From Dehalococcoidia bacterium (GTDB lineage Bacteria > Chloroflexota > Dehalococcoidia > Bin125): a stretch of 64,000 nt of DNA. The DNA lies in NCBI GenBank assembly GCA_965221065.1, contig OZ244861.1, positions 1,613,844-1,677,843 of the forward strand, in the 5' to 3' direction. The notes below the pieces were generated by a model that ran no database searches, was not told the DNA's origin, and worked only from the letters and a program-made list of their open reading frames with translations. The translations under genes were made by a program, and so were the position numbers. Below, in pieces: positions 30,012-39,090 of the stretch (positions are counted from its first letter, which is position 1; each line of letters begins with the position of its first letter).

Positions 30012-31045
30012 GTCTCCCGACAGAACCCCGCCAAATCCCGAGCCGTGGCCAACGCCAGATCAGTGCAAGGCAGCACCAGGTTATCGCCGCCATGGATCGT
30101 CCCCATCACCTGCCGACAGCGAGCCCGCTGACCAGCCCTCAGCAGCAGCCGGTAGAACGCAATCCCCTCGTCGCGCAGCGGATCGCACTCGTTGACGCTG
30201 ATCACCGTCTCGGGGAAGCCCTGGACGTGCTCCTCAGTGGCGAACAGCGGCCAGGCCTCGGGATCCTGCGCCTCGAACGCTTCTATCCCATAGCCCATGG
30301 CCCCGAAGTTGCTGTGCGCATCGAGGAATATGCCGTTGTTCTCGGTCGACGACGGCAAATCGTCACGCGGCCAGCTTCCGGCGATATACGGACACATCGC
30401 GTAGATGCCGCGGATCAGCTCAGCTTCCCCCTCGCGCGTCAGCCGCAAGCCCATCGCCAACGCCAGATTGCCGCCCCCGCTCGAACCTGAGACCACGATC
30501 CGATTGCGATCGATCCCCCACTCATCTGCCGTCGAAATCAACCACCGTAGCCCCGACAGGCAGTCGTTCAACCCGGCCGGATACGGTTCCACCTCGGGCG
30601 CCGACGAGGGCACGACGCAGTTCCGGAAGTCGACCAGCGCCACCACCACGCCCCGATGCGCGATCATCCGGCCCAACGCCTGATAGTTGACGTCGAACGC
30701 GGAAAGCAGCGCCATGCCCCCGCCGTGGATGTAGTAGACGCAGGGCAATGGATCGTCCGGCTCACCGGTCTGCGGCCGCATCAGCGAGACCTTGATCGTG
30801 TTCCCGTCCGGCTCCGAGACGAACGCCTCGGTCGTGATCGTCAATCCCGTGGACGGGGCCACGGCCTCCGCTTCTTCCTTCGAGACCCCCGTCGCTGCGT
30901 TCAGCGCCTCGAGCACCTCCGGGGCGGTCATCGCCGCGACTAACTCGTCACGCGAGTCGAAGCTCGGCAACGGAAACGCAGGCAGCTCGCCGAACTTCTC
31001 CTTCAGCCGAGGGTCAATCCGAGGGTCCTCAGTCATCCGGCTCAT
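30008..31045 (-). CDS. alpha/beta hydrolase, HSL-family esterase/lipase
   Basis: HGGG oxyanion motif, GSSGGG nucleophile elbow; AGGAG RBS. Confidence 0.8.
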   Translation of the reverse strand: MSRMTEDPRIDPRLKEKFGELPAFPLPSFDSRDELVAAMTAPEVLEALNAATGVSKEEAEAVAPSTGLTITTEAFVSEPDGNTIKVSLMRPQTGEPDDPLPCVYYIHGGGMALLSAFDVNYQALGRMIAHRGVVVALVDFRNCVVPSSAPEVEPYPAGLNDCLSGLRWLISTADEWGIDRNRIVVSGSSGGGNLALAMGLRLTREGEAELIRGIYAMCPYIAGSWPRDDLPSSTENNGIFLDAHSNFGAMGYGIEAFEAQDPEAWPLFATEEHVQGFPETVISVNECDPLRDEGIAFYRLLLRAGQRARCRQVMGTIHGGDNLVLPCTDLALATARDLAGFCRET

Positions 31046-31088
31046 TGTCCGCTCCTAGCCCGCTTCTAGTCCGCTTCTGGAACGAACG

Positions 31089-31886
31089 CTAGCCGTACGC
31101 CTCGGCCAGCAGCTCGTCCAAGATCGCATTGAATCTGTCCGGCAACTCCCAGTACACCGAGTGGCCGCAGGTCGCCACCTCGACGTACCGCGCATGAGGA
31201 ATCAGCGCGGCGGCCTGTCTGATCAGCCACGGCGGCATCAGCACGTCTTCCGACCCCGCCACGAACACCACCGGCATGGTCAGGTTGGCAAGTTCGTCGT
31301 TACTCACGGCGCCCTGCTCAACGCCGTACCCCGCGAACTGCTCCGGAGGCGAGTTCAGCCCGCGGATCTGGTTGTACAGAAACACCCCCGCGGGCGAGCG
31401 CTCGACGTAAGCCGACCCAAACATCTGGGTTTCCCATTCCTCCGGCGTCGCCGAACCGGCCGCCTCCAGCGACTCCTCCAAGCCGCGAAGAACGCCGGCA
31501 TCGCCGATCCCCACCACTGTGTCGGCCATCATCAGCGCGTCCACGCGCTCCGCGTTGCGCGCCGCATAGGGCAGCACCGTGAAGCCGCCCATCGACTGAC
31601 CAACCAGCGTCGCCCGCTCAATCGCGAGCCCGTCCATCAGCTCGCCCAGGTCACGCGCGAACGCCGTCACACCTTCCCCCGACAGGTCCTGGCTCTGTCC
31701 CCAACCCCGAACCTCGTACGCAACACACCGGAAGCGCTCCCGAAACACCGGTATCTGCTGCCACCAGCTCAGCCGATTCCCCCCGGCGTCATGCACGAAG
31801 ACAATCGTCTCCGCCCCCGTCCCGAACGAGTCATACACCAACCGCCCACCGCTGACATCAAGACAATCAGCCATCGGACGCACCAT
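31089..31886 (-). CDS. alpha/beta hydrolase (enol-lactonase-like)
   Basis: VGQSMGG nucleophile elbow; start uncertain (GTG 31922 / ATG 31886 / ATG 31874). Confidence 0.7.
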   Translation of the reverse strand: MVRPMADCLDVSGGRLVYDSFGTGAETIVFVHDAGGNRLSWWQQIPVFRERFRCVAYEVRGWGQSQDLSGEGVTAFARDLGELMDGLAIERATLVGQSMGGFTVLPYAARNAERVDALMMADTVVGIGDAGVLRGLEESLEAAGSATPEEWETQMFGSAYVERSPAGVFLYNQIRGLNSPPEQFAGYGVEQGAVSNDELANLTMPVVFVAGSEDVLMPPWLIRQAAALIPHARYVEVATCGHSVYWELPDRFNAILDELLAEAYG

Positions 31887-31965
31887 CCTCACCGCGTCGT
31901 CCTCCGAGCCTACGCGCTCCACCCACGGCCGGAGACCGGTCCTCCAACCGCCGGCACGGTTCGGC

Positions 31966-32010
31966 TCCTACAGTCCCCTCTCCCTCTGGGAGAGGGCTAG
32001 GGTGAGGGTC
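31966..32010. repeat. GC hairpin repeat element (cccctctccctctgggagagggctagggtgaggg)
   Basis: Member of the dispersed CCCTCTCC...GGAGAGGG-GGGTGAGGG family. Confidence 0.5.
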
Positions 32011-32081
32011 CCCCAACGCAACATTCCGCGCACCACCCGTTAGCTACTCTGAACCAAGGACCCTACCGAGAGACCAAGACC

Positions 32082-32402
32082 ATGGCCCCCATTCCTCTGG
32101 TCGCCGAACGATCCAAAGAGATCGCCGACCTCTGCCGCAAACACCAGGTCCAGCGGCTCGACCTCTTCGGCTCCGCCGCCACCGGCCACTTCGACCCCAA
32201 CTCCAGCAACCTCGACTTCCCCGTCATCTTCCGCCCGGAAGCCAGCGCCATGTACGTCGGCCTCTGCGACCTTCTCTACACCAATCTCCACTGCATCCTC
32301 AATCGCCCCATCGACCCGGCAATCGAAACCGACTTCAACAATCCCTACTTCCGAGACGCCGCCAACGAATCCAGGACCCCCGTCTACGTCGCGTGGAGCT
32401 GA
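32082..32402 (+). CDS. MntA-like minimal nucleotidyltransferase (type VII TA antitoxin-like)
   Basis: LFGSAATGHFDPNSSNLDF matches the GS..RG....SD.D NTase core, with Asn in the first Asp position; 106 aa. Confidence 0.65.
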   Translation: MAPIPLVAERSKEIADLCRKHQVQRLDLFGSAATGHFDPNSSNLDFPVIFRPEASAMYVGLCDLLYTNLHCILNRPIDPAIETDFNNPYFRDAANESRTPVYVAWS

Positions 32403-32609
32403 GGGCTATCTCGAAGGCTTGCTCGATACCGCCGCCTCCAAGGGCCTCACCATGCGCGGCGACGCACTACAAACATGACATGCATATCCAACTCTGCGAT
32501 CCGCCGACACGCAACTCGCCTTCCCCCGTCGGGCCCTTCGTCGGGTACCATGGGGTCCTGGCTGAAAGCAAAACTAACCTAGGACATCCAGAATTCGCGA
32601 GCAGCAGCA

Positions 32610-33347
32610 ATGGACGAAAATGACCTCCACCGAATATGGGGCGCTGGGGCCATACGGGTCTTCATTAGCCACACCCATCCGAACCAAGCTAAAGCCGCAA
32701 GGCTCCAAACGGCCCTGAGGCGTCTCGGGATAGCATCTTTTGTAGCACACAATGACATCGAACTAACAAGGCAATGGGAAGTCGAGATCATATTCGCGCT
32801 GCAGAGTATGCATGTCCTGGCAGCACTCCTCACACCCGACTTCAAGAGCAGCGACTGGACAGAGCAAGAAGTCGGGGCCGCTGTTGGTCGCGACATTCCA
32901 GTGTTTGCTATTGATATGGGTCTGGTTCCTTACGGATTCATGAAGAGATACCAAGCGATTCCAGGGGCAGTAGGAGAACGAGGAGGGGCCACTAAGGTCG
33001 CCAATGTGATTGCCGAGGCAATCAAGCGGAACGACCGCTTAGAACCTCACCCTGTGAACGGGTACATCGCAAAGTTGCAGAGTGCAGGCAGCTACAGGCA
33101 GACCGATCAGTTGGCATCAGAGTGGAACTGGAATAGCAAACTCACAGATCAACAAGTACAGCAGATCCTCGCAGCATACAATACCAACAATCAAGTATCT
33201 GGTGCTGGATCGTTTGACGACATCATACTCAGACTGATGTACGAGAGCACCGGCGTGCAGCACCATATCCAACACGTGGGAGGGCGTAAGCGACAATGCG
33301 AGCCTGTACAAGATGGTGAGGCCAGCCGAAGACCACGCGACCGATAG
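32610..33347 (+). CDS. TIR-domain protein (TIR_2/DUF1863-like) with unknown about 130-aa C-terminal region
   Basis: IRVFISHTHP...SDWTEQEV (conserved W..E catalytic-Glu context); gene about 50% GC against a 68% background. Confidence 0.7.
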   Translation: MDENDLHRIWGAGAIRVFISHTHPNQAKAARLQTALRRLGIASFVAHNDIELTRQWEVEIIFALQSMHVLAALLTPDFKSSDWTEQEVGAAVGRDIPVFAIDMGLVPYGFMKRYQAIPGAVGERGGATKVANVIAEAIKRNDRLEPHPVNGYIAKLQSAGSYRQTDQLASEWNWNSKLTDQQVQQILAAYNTNNQVSGAGSFDDIILRLMYESTGVQHHIQHVGGRKRQCEPVQDGEASRRPRDR

Positions 33348-33425
33348 CATGTGCAGCGCAAGCGATACTCCGCCAATCTCAGAGATTGTTCACGGTGTAC
33401 GCTTCACCGCAGTTAGTGGCTTGGA

Positions 33426-34169
33426 TTAGCGCTCCAGTAAACCCGACCCCACATCCCACAACACCACCCTCCCATCCACCGCCGACGCCAACCCCCTCGA
33501 CCCCTCCAGATCCCGCCCCGCCCCCGACACCAACACAACAAACTCAGCATCCTCCGGCACCCCCTTCCGACCCCCCTCCGCCGACACCAACACTCGCGCC
33601 GCTAGCTCCGGCGTCACCTCATCCCCAATCGCCGCCCCTGCGATCTGCGCCACGATCTCCGGCCGATGCACCGACCGCTCATCCAGCGGCCGACCCAGCA
33701 CCCCCGCCCCGATCACCGCGGCCACTACGTCAACCCGCTCGGGGATGATCGGCTCGTGCAGGGCCGGCGCTTTGAACGGCCGACCCCGCGAGCCGTCCGC
33801 CTCAACCCCCACCAGGCTGGCCAGCCCCGCATCGACCGCCTGACGCGGCCACGCCGGGTCCACCGCCAGTACCCGCTCGCGGTCCCCCCGGCCCGACCCG
33901 ACCACGGCCGAGGACAGCCCGCGCGAGCGGATGTCGTCCAGCGCCCCGGCCCTGAAGGCGTCGTCCCGGCCAATCGCCAGAGGCAGCGTCCGGCCCTCCC
34001 GCGGGATAGTCATCCTCGTCGTCGTCGTCAGGACCGTCAGGCCCTCACCGCCAGCCGCTTCCCACTCGGCCGCCAGCGCGAACAGCACCGTCGTCTTGCC
34101 CCCGCCGCCGACCGTCGCGAAGACCGCCGGACGCGTAATCCCCAACGCCTCGTGCAACGGCAGATCCAC
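33426..34169 (-). CDS. yqeC: YqeC-family selenium-dependent molybdenum-hydroxylase accessory protein
   Basis: AVFATVGGGGKTT P-loop; family normally paired with MocA/MobA. Confidence 0.65.
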   Translation of the reverse strand: MDLPLHEALGITRPAVFATVGGGGKTTVLFALAAEWEAAGGEGLTVLTTTTRMTIPREGRTLPLAIGRDDAFRAGALDDIRSRGLSSAVVGSGRGDRERVLAVDPAWPRQAVDAGLASLVGVEADGSRGRPFKAPALHEPIIPERVDVVAAVIGAGVLGRPLDERSVHRPEIVAQIAGAAIGDEVTPELAARVLVSAEGGRKGVPEDAEFVVLVSGAGRDLEGSRGLASAVDGRVVLWDVGSGLLER

Positions 34170-34203
34170 GCGTCGCCTCCAGCCCGCAGCCTAAACTCAA
34201 CCC

Positions 34204-34857
34204 ATGCAAGAATCGTTCTCCGTCATCATCCTCGCCGGCGGATTCGGACGCCGCCTGGGCCGCGACAAGGCCACCACCGAGGCCGGCGGACGCCCCCTGC
34301 TGCACTGGAGCGCCATCGCCGCCTCCGACACAACCGACGACATCGTCGTCGCCCAGCGCCCCGACCAGCAGTTCCCGCCGCTGCACGGCGTCGGCTGGCG
34401 CGAGGCCATCGATCACCGCCACGACCGGGGCCCGCTCGCCGGCCTCGAGGCCGCGCTCCCCCTGATCGCCCACGACCTCGCCGTCGCCGTCGCCTGCGAC
34501 ATGCCCTTCCTCCGCCCAGAACTCCTCCGCGCCGTCGCCGCAGCCTGCGCAGGCGTCGAAATCGCCATGCCCCGCATCGACGGCGTCGCCCAGCCCCTGC
34601 TCGCCGCCTACCGACCCGCCATCGTCCCCCACGCCACGCAACTGCTGGACGACGGCGACGGCCGAATCCGAGCCCTCCTACCGCTCGTCGAGCACCGCAT
34701 CCTCGAAGCCGACGAACTCCGCCGCCACGACCCTCAACTCCAATCCTTCACCAACGTCAACCACCCCGAAGACCTCGAACATGTCGAGAAAGCAATCCTC
34801 AACTCCCCTCTCCCACCCGCCCCCCTGGGGGCTTCCCCCACAGCGCCATCTGAGTAG
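34204..34857 (+). CDS. molybdenum cofactor nucleotidyltransferase (MobA/MocA)
   Basis: VIILAGGFGRRLG NTP-transferase motif. Confidence 0.75.
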   Translation: MQESFSVIILAGGFGRRLGRDKATTEAGGRPLLHWSAIAASDTTDDIVVAQRPDQQFPPLHGVGWREAIDHRHDRGPLAGLEAALPLIAHDLAVAVACDMPFLRPELLRAVAAACAGVEIAMPRIDGVAQPLLAAYRPAIVPHATQLLDDGDGRIRALLPLVEHRILEADELRRHDPQLQSFTNVNHPEDLEHVEKAILNSPLPPAPLGASPTAPSE

Positions 34858-34882
34858 ACCAAACACCTGAAGGGACGATCCG

Positions 34883-35194
34883 ATGCCGATGTTCCGACGA
34901 GTCCTCACCGGCCGCGTAGCGCCGGGCAAGCACGGAGAATTCCTGCGCGCGGTCGAAGCCGCGCTCGACTACCAGGCCGCACGCGGGATCGAGGCCCAGT
35001 TCTCGGTCTGGGACGCGATCACCGGCCAGGCCTCGACCGTCGAGATCGTCGCCGAGTTCGAGGACCTCAGGGAACTCGAACAGTTCGAAGAGCTCGCCGC
35101 CCAGGACCAGGAGTTCGCCAAGCTGCGCCGCGCCGTCCGCGAAGCCATGGTCTTCGACTCCGCCGAGATCAACATCTACCGCAACCTCGTCTGA
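34883..35194 (+). CDS. small hypothetical protein (Dabb/ABM-like alpha+beta barrel?)
   Basis: 103 aa; GAAGGGA RBS. Confidence 0.45.
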   Translation: MPMFRRVLTGRVAPGKHGEFLRAVEAALDYQAARGIEAQFSVWDAITGQASTVEIVAEFEDLRELEQFEELAAQDQEFAKLRRAVREAMVFDSAEINIYRNLV

Positions 35195-35222
35195 ACCCGT
35201 ACCGATTGAGGGCAGGACAACC

Positions 35223-35549
35223 ATGGTCCGAGTCGACCCCCAACGCCAGGCCGACTACCGCGACGCCTACGACGCCTGGCAGAAGCAGCTCAAACGACTG
35301 CACGACATCTTCCTCGACGGCGAGCCGCTCGAGCCGCCCAAACTCAAGGGCCTGCTCAACCGCGAAGCCCGCGCCAAACAGCGCTACGACGCCGCCCGCG
35401 ACGCCCTCCTCGGCATCGGCGCACTGCCGCCAACCCCCGCCGGCCGCACGATTGGACGCTCTCCCGCAGCGTCCATAGACTCAGGGTCAGCGGCGGGCTC
35501 CACCCAGGAGGCCCCGCTTCCCCCCTCTGGGGGGGAAGCTGTCCCGTAG
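35223..35549 (+). CDS. hypothetical protein
   Basis: 108 aa; GAGGGCAGGA RBS. Confidence 0.4.
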   Translation: MVRVDPQRQADYRDAYDAWQKQLKRLHDIFLDGEPLEPPKLKGLLNREARAKQRYDAARDALLGIGALPPTPAGRTIGRSPAASIDSGSAAGSTQEAPLPPSGGEAVP

Positions 35550-35609
35550 GGACTGAAGGGGGGCGCCGGCCCGGCTCCCCGCTTCGACGGGCAGCGGCTG
35601 GAAGGTTCA

Positions 35610-36056
35610 ATGAGCGACGACTACGGCGTCGACCTGGACGAAATCCTGCGCGTGATCGACCGCGCCGCGGTTCTGATCGTGCGCTTCGAAGTGCTCGAAC
35701 CCCGCCTGCTCGTCGACTTCCGCGCCGACCCGCCCGATCTGCCCATCATCCAGCTCGTCGACCGCGTCAACTCCGCCGAGGAGCGCTTCCGCCACCTCAA
35801 GTCGCTGCGCCCCAAGCTCCCGCTCCCCGAGCGCATTCTTTCTTTCCCCTGGCCCCGCGCCATCCGAGCCTTCGATGAGTCCGGCATCTGGGAGAAGATC
35901 GCCGAGCGCCTCATCAGCCTCGGCGCCGATCCCGACCACATCCAGAGCATCCAACAACAACTCCTCGATGGCGAACGCGCCGTCACCATCGCCGCCATCA
36001 CCGGCGGTGAGGGCTTCCGCACCATCTGGGAACGATCGAACGGACCCGCCGAGTGA
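35610..36056 (+). CDS. hypothetical protein
   Basis: 148 aa; GTGA overlap with ltaE start. Confidence 0.45.
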   Translation: MSDDYGVDLDEILRVIDRAAVLIVRFEVLEPRLLVDFRADPPDLPIIQLVDRVNSAEERFRHLKSLRPKLPLPERILSFPWPRAIRAFDESGIWEKIAERLISLGADPDHIQSIQQQLLDGERAVTIAAITGGEGFRTIWERSNGPAE

Positions 36057-37126
36057 CCGCCCAACAGAACTCCGAACTCCCGCTGATCGATCTGCGCTCC
36101 GACACCGTCACCAGGCCAACCTCCGCCATGCGCGAGGCGATGTTCGAAGCCGAGGTCGGAGACGACGTCTTCGGCGAGGATCCGACGATCACGAAACTCG
36201 AAGAGACCGCAGCCGAGCGCACCGGCAAGGACGCCGCACTGTTCGTCTCCAGCGGCACGATGGCCAACCTCGTCTCGCTGCTCTCCCAGACCCGCGCCGG
36301 CGACGAGCTCCTCGTCGGCGACCGCGCCCACATCGTCCGCGCCGAGGCCGGCGGCGTTTCCCGCCTCGGCGGCGTCCTCGCCACGACCCTGCCCAACCAG
36401 CCCGACGGCGGACTCGACCCCGAACTCATTCCCGCCGCCGTCCGCCCCGACGACATGCATCAACCACGCACGACCCTGCTCGCCCTCGAAAACACCCACA
36501 ACTTCTGCGGCGGCACGGTCGTCTCCCTCGAGCGCACGCAGGAGATCGCCGCCGCCGCCCGCGAACACGGTCTGCGCGTCCACCTTGACGGCGCACGCAT
36601 CTTCAACGCCGCCGCCGCGTCCGGACACAGCGTCGCCGAGCTGGCCGGCCCCGCCGACAGCGTCGCCTTCTGCCTCTCCAAGGGACTCGGCGCGCCCGTC
36701 GGCTCGCTGATCTGCGGCGACGAGGCGTTCATCGCCGAGGCCCGCCGCACCCGCAAGCTGGTCGGCGGTGGCATGCGCCAGGCCGGAATCATCGCTGCCG
36801 CCGGACTCGTCGCGCTCGACCAGATGGTCGACCGCCTCCACGACGACCACGCCAACGCGCGCCAACTCGCGCGCGGGCTTGCCGAGCTCGGCTTCAACAT
36901 CAACCCCGAGAGCGTTCAGACCAACATCGTCATCGTCCAGCTCGACACGTCCAACGACCCAACGCCCTCGCCGAAGCTCCAGGCCCAGCTCAAGCAGATC
37001 GGTGTGCTGGTCACGACCCCGGACCGAACCAAAATCCGACTCGTCACCCACGCCGACCTGTCCAGCGAAGACTGCGCCGAGGCGCTGCGCCGCATGGCCG
37101 AGGCCGAGGTCGGCCCCGCCGCGTGA
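36053..37126 (+). CDS. ltaE: low-specificity L-threonine aldolase
   Basis: DLRSDTVTRPT...FVSSGTMANL...CLSKGLGAPVGS PLP-lysine context. Confidence 0.85.
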   Translation: MTAQQNSELPLIDLRSDTVTRPTSAMREAMFEAEVGDDVFGEDPTITKLEETAAERTGKDAALFVSSGTMANLVSLLSQTRAGDELLVGDRAHIVRAEAGGVSRLGGVLATTLPNQPDGGLDPELIPAAVRPDDMHQPRTTLLALENTHNFCGGTVVSLERTQEIAAAAREHGLRVHLDGARIFNAAAASGHSVAELAGPADSVAFCLSKGLGAPVGSLICGDEAFIAEARRTRKLVGGGMRQAGIIAAAGLVALDQMVDRLHDDHANARQLARGLAELGFNINPESVQTNIVIVQLDTSNDPTPSPKLQAQLKQIGVLVTTPDRTKIRLVTHADLSSEDCAEALRRMAEAEVGPAA

Positions 37127-37962
37127 ACGTCACTCAGACCGACTCGAGTCTCCCCGTCCCCGCCCCCGAGCGGGGACCCGCTCGCGCCTCCGCTTTAGTG
37201 CGGGGACCCGTTCGTCTGCTGACGTTGCTCGTCGCCGTCGGACTGCTTGCAGCGCTCGCCGCCGCCTGCGGCTCCGAGAGCAACTTCGACGACCCCGAGA
37301 ACCCCGTCGCCCAAATCGCCTGGCCCGACTTCGAGCGCCTCCACTACGACATCCTCGACCAGACCGACGTCAGGCGCGGCACCCTGGTGCTCGAGACGAT
37401 CCGCCAGGATGATCTCTACCAGGTCTCGCTGCGCTTCCGCCTCGACACCGAATCCGGCGAAGTCGTCACCGACGACGTCACCGTCTGGGTCGAGGACGAA
37501 TCCCTGCGACCCATTCGCTACGAACGCCGCGCTGTGTCCTCCGAGAAGACCGTCACCGCCGAAGCCGACTACCGGATCAACTCCGACGGCGAGGTCGCCG
37601 CCGACATCGTCCTCAATGACGACGGCGAGATCACCGAAGAGACCGTCGAGGCGGGCGTGTTCGCCTTCGACAACGACTCGTCCGCTTGGCTCTGGCGGAC
37701 GCTGGCCTTCGAGCAGGATCTCGAGCTGACCTACCGCTCCGTCAACGTCGTTCAGCGGCGCAGCCAGCTGGTCCAGGTCGCCGTGCGCGGACAGGACACC
37801 CTGCGCGGACCGCAGGGCGACGTGGTGGTCTGGCAGGTCGTCGCGACCCCGGGCGTCGAGGTTTCGCGAGCCTGGTACGAGATCGACCCGCCGCATCGGC
37901 TGGTGCGCTGGGATCAGCAGCCCCGCCGATTCATCCTGACCAGGATCGAGACCGAGCCCTAG
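37123..37962 (+). CDS. lipoprotein of unknown function
   Basis: Signal peptide plus lipobox LAAC; GTG start overlapping the ltaE stop (alternative GTG at 37198). Confidence 0.5.
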   Translation: MNVTQTDSSLPVPAPERGPARASALVRGPVRLLTLLVAVGLLAALAAACGSESNFDDPENPVAQIAWPDFERLHYDILDQTDVRRGTLVLETIRQDDLYQVSLRFRLDTESGEVVTDDVTVWVEDESLRPIRYERRAVSSEKTVTAEADYRINSDGEVAADIVLNDDGEITEETVEAGVFAFDNDSSAWLWRTLAFEQDLELTYRSVNVVQRRSQLVQVAVRGQDTLRGPQGDVVVWQVVATPGVEVSRAWYEIDPPHRLVRWDQQPRRFILTRIETEP

Positions 37963-37965
37963 AGC

Positions 37966-39090
37966 CTACTCGTCGCGGGGGCGGGCCCAGGTTGGGCGTT
38001 CGACTCCGGCGGGCGGAGCGAAGGTTGCTTCGTCCTCGGACGGTGCCTCCGCCTCCGGAATATCCGGTCGCCAGATGCCGTCGGCGTCGTCGCCGGATTC
38101 GTCGGCCTGGGTCGCTGCGGGAGCGCCGACCGGCTCCGGTTCCGGTTCGGGCGGCGCGCTGCGAGCGCCGCCGAAGACCTGGCGCGCCTGCTCTTCGCTC
38201 AGCTCGGGGTGAGCGGCGCGCTCGGCGGCGATCCGCTCATCCATCGTCGGAGCGAAGTCGGCCGCGTGCGTGCGGACGGCCGAGACCTCGTCCTGCACAT
38301 CGGTCGGTAGTTCGGCGGCGAAGCGCGATCGCTCGTCCCGAACGGTGTAGCGGAACAGTTCCTGCTCCTCTGGCTCCAGCAGCCGCCCATCCTTCATCTC
38401 TTCAACCCGAGGCACCAGCTCCATCACCGTGCGGTCGTGGGTCGTCGTGATGATCGTCACGCCCTGCTCGACCACAAGGTCGTGCAACAGGCGGAAGATC
38501 GAGACGGCGGTCGTCGAGTCCAATTCACCCGTCGGCTCGTCCGCGAGAATCAGCGCCGGCGAGTTGGCCAACGCCCGGGCGATCGCCACTCGTTGCTGCT
38601 CGCCGCCGGACAGTTCGTACGGGCGGTGCCGCGCGCGACCGGCGAGCCCAACCGCTTCCAGCAACTCGTCCGCCCGTCGACGCCGCTCGCGGATGCCCGC
38701 GCCGGCGATCCTGAGCGAGAGCTCGACGTTCTCGTACGCCGAGAGCAGCGGCAGCAGACCGAACGACTGGAAGACGAACCCCACCCGATGGCGGCGCAGC
38801 TGCGTCAACTGGCGCTCCGAGTACTCGGTGATGTTCTCGCCGTCGATCATGACGTGTCCCGACGTCGGCGCATCGAGCCCCGCGATCAGGTTGAGCAACG
38901 TGGTCTTACCCGAGCCCGATCGACCAATCAAGGCGACGAACTCGCCCGGCGCGACCTGCAGCGAGACGTCGCGTACAGCCCAGATCTCCTCGCCGCCGAC
39001 CACGAATCGGCGCGAAACGTTGTGGACATCGACGACGAGGTCCTGCTCGCCTCGCGCGGTGACGCCGTTGATCGTGCGGACGGTGGTCAT
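37966..39090 (-). CDS. ABC transporter ATP-binding protein (MacB/LolD-type) with acidic low-complexity C-terminal extension
   Basis: GRSGSGKTTL, LSGGEQQRVAIARAL; no permease gene adjacent. Confidence 0.8.
   Translation of the reverse strand: MTTVRTINGVTARGEQDLVVDVHNVSRRFVVGGEEIWAVRDVSLQVAPGEFVALIGRSGSGKTTLLNLIAGLDAPTSGHVMIDGENITEYSERQLTQLRRHRVGFVFQSFGLLPLLSAYENVELSLRIAGAGIRERRRRADELLEAVGLAGRARHRPYELSGGEQQRVAIARALANSPALILADEPTGELDSTTAVSIFRLLHDLVVEQGVTIITTTHDRTVMELVPRVEEMKDGRLLEPEEQELFRYTVRDERSRFAAELPTDVQDEVSAVRTHAADFAPTMDERIAAERAAHPELSEEQARQVFGGARSAPPEPEPEPVGAPAATQADESGDDADGIWRPDIPEAEAPSEDEATFAPPAGVERPTWARPRDE

Noticed and set aside
32393-32623. 76-aa ORF between the MntA-like gene and the TIR gene that could be a HepT remnant
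   Set aside because: No similarity to DUF86/HepT in any frame (also checked the frame reading EGYLEGLLDTAASKGLTMRGDALQT). Pro/Ser-rich composition.
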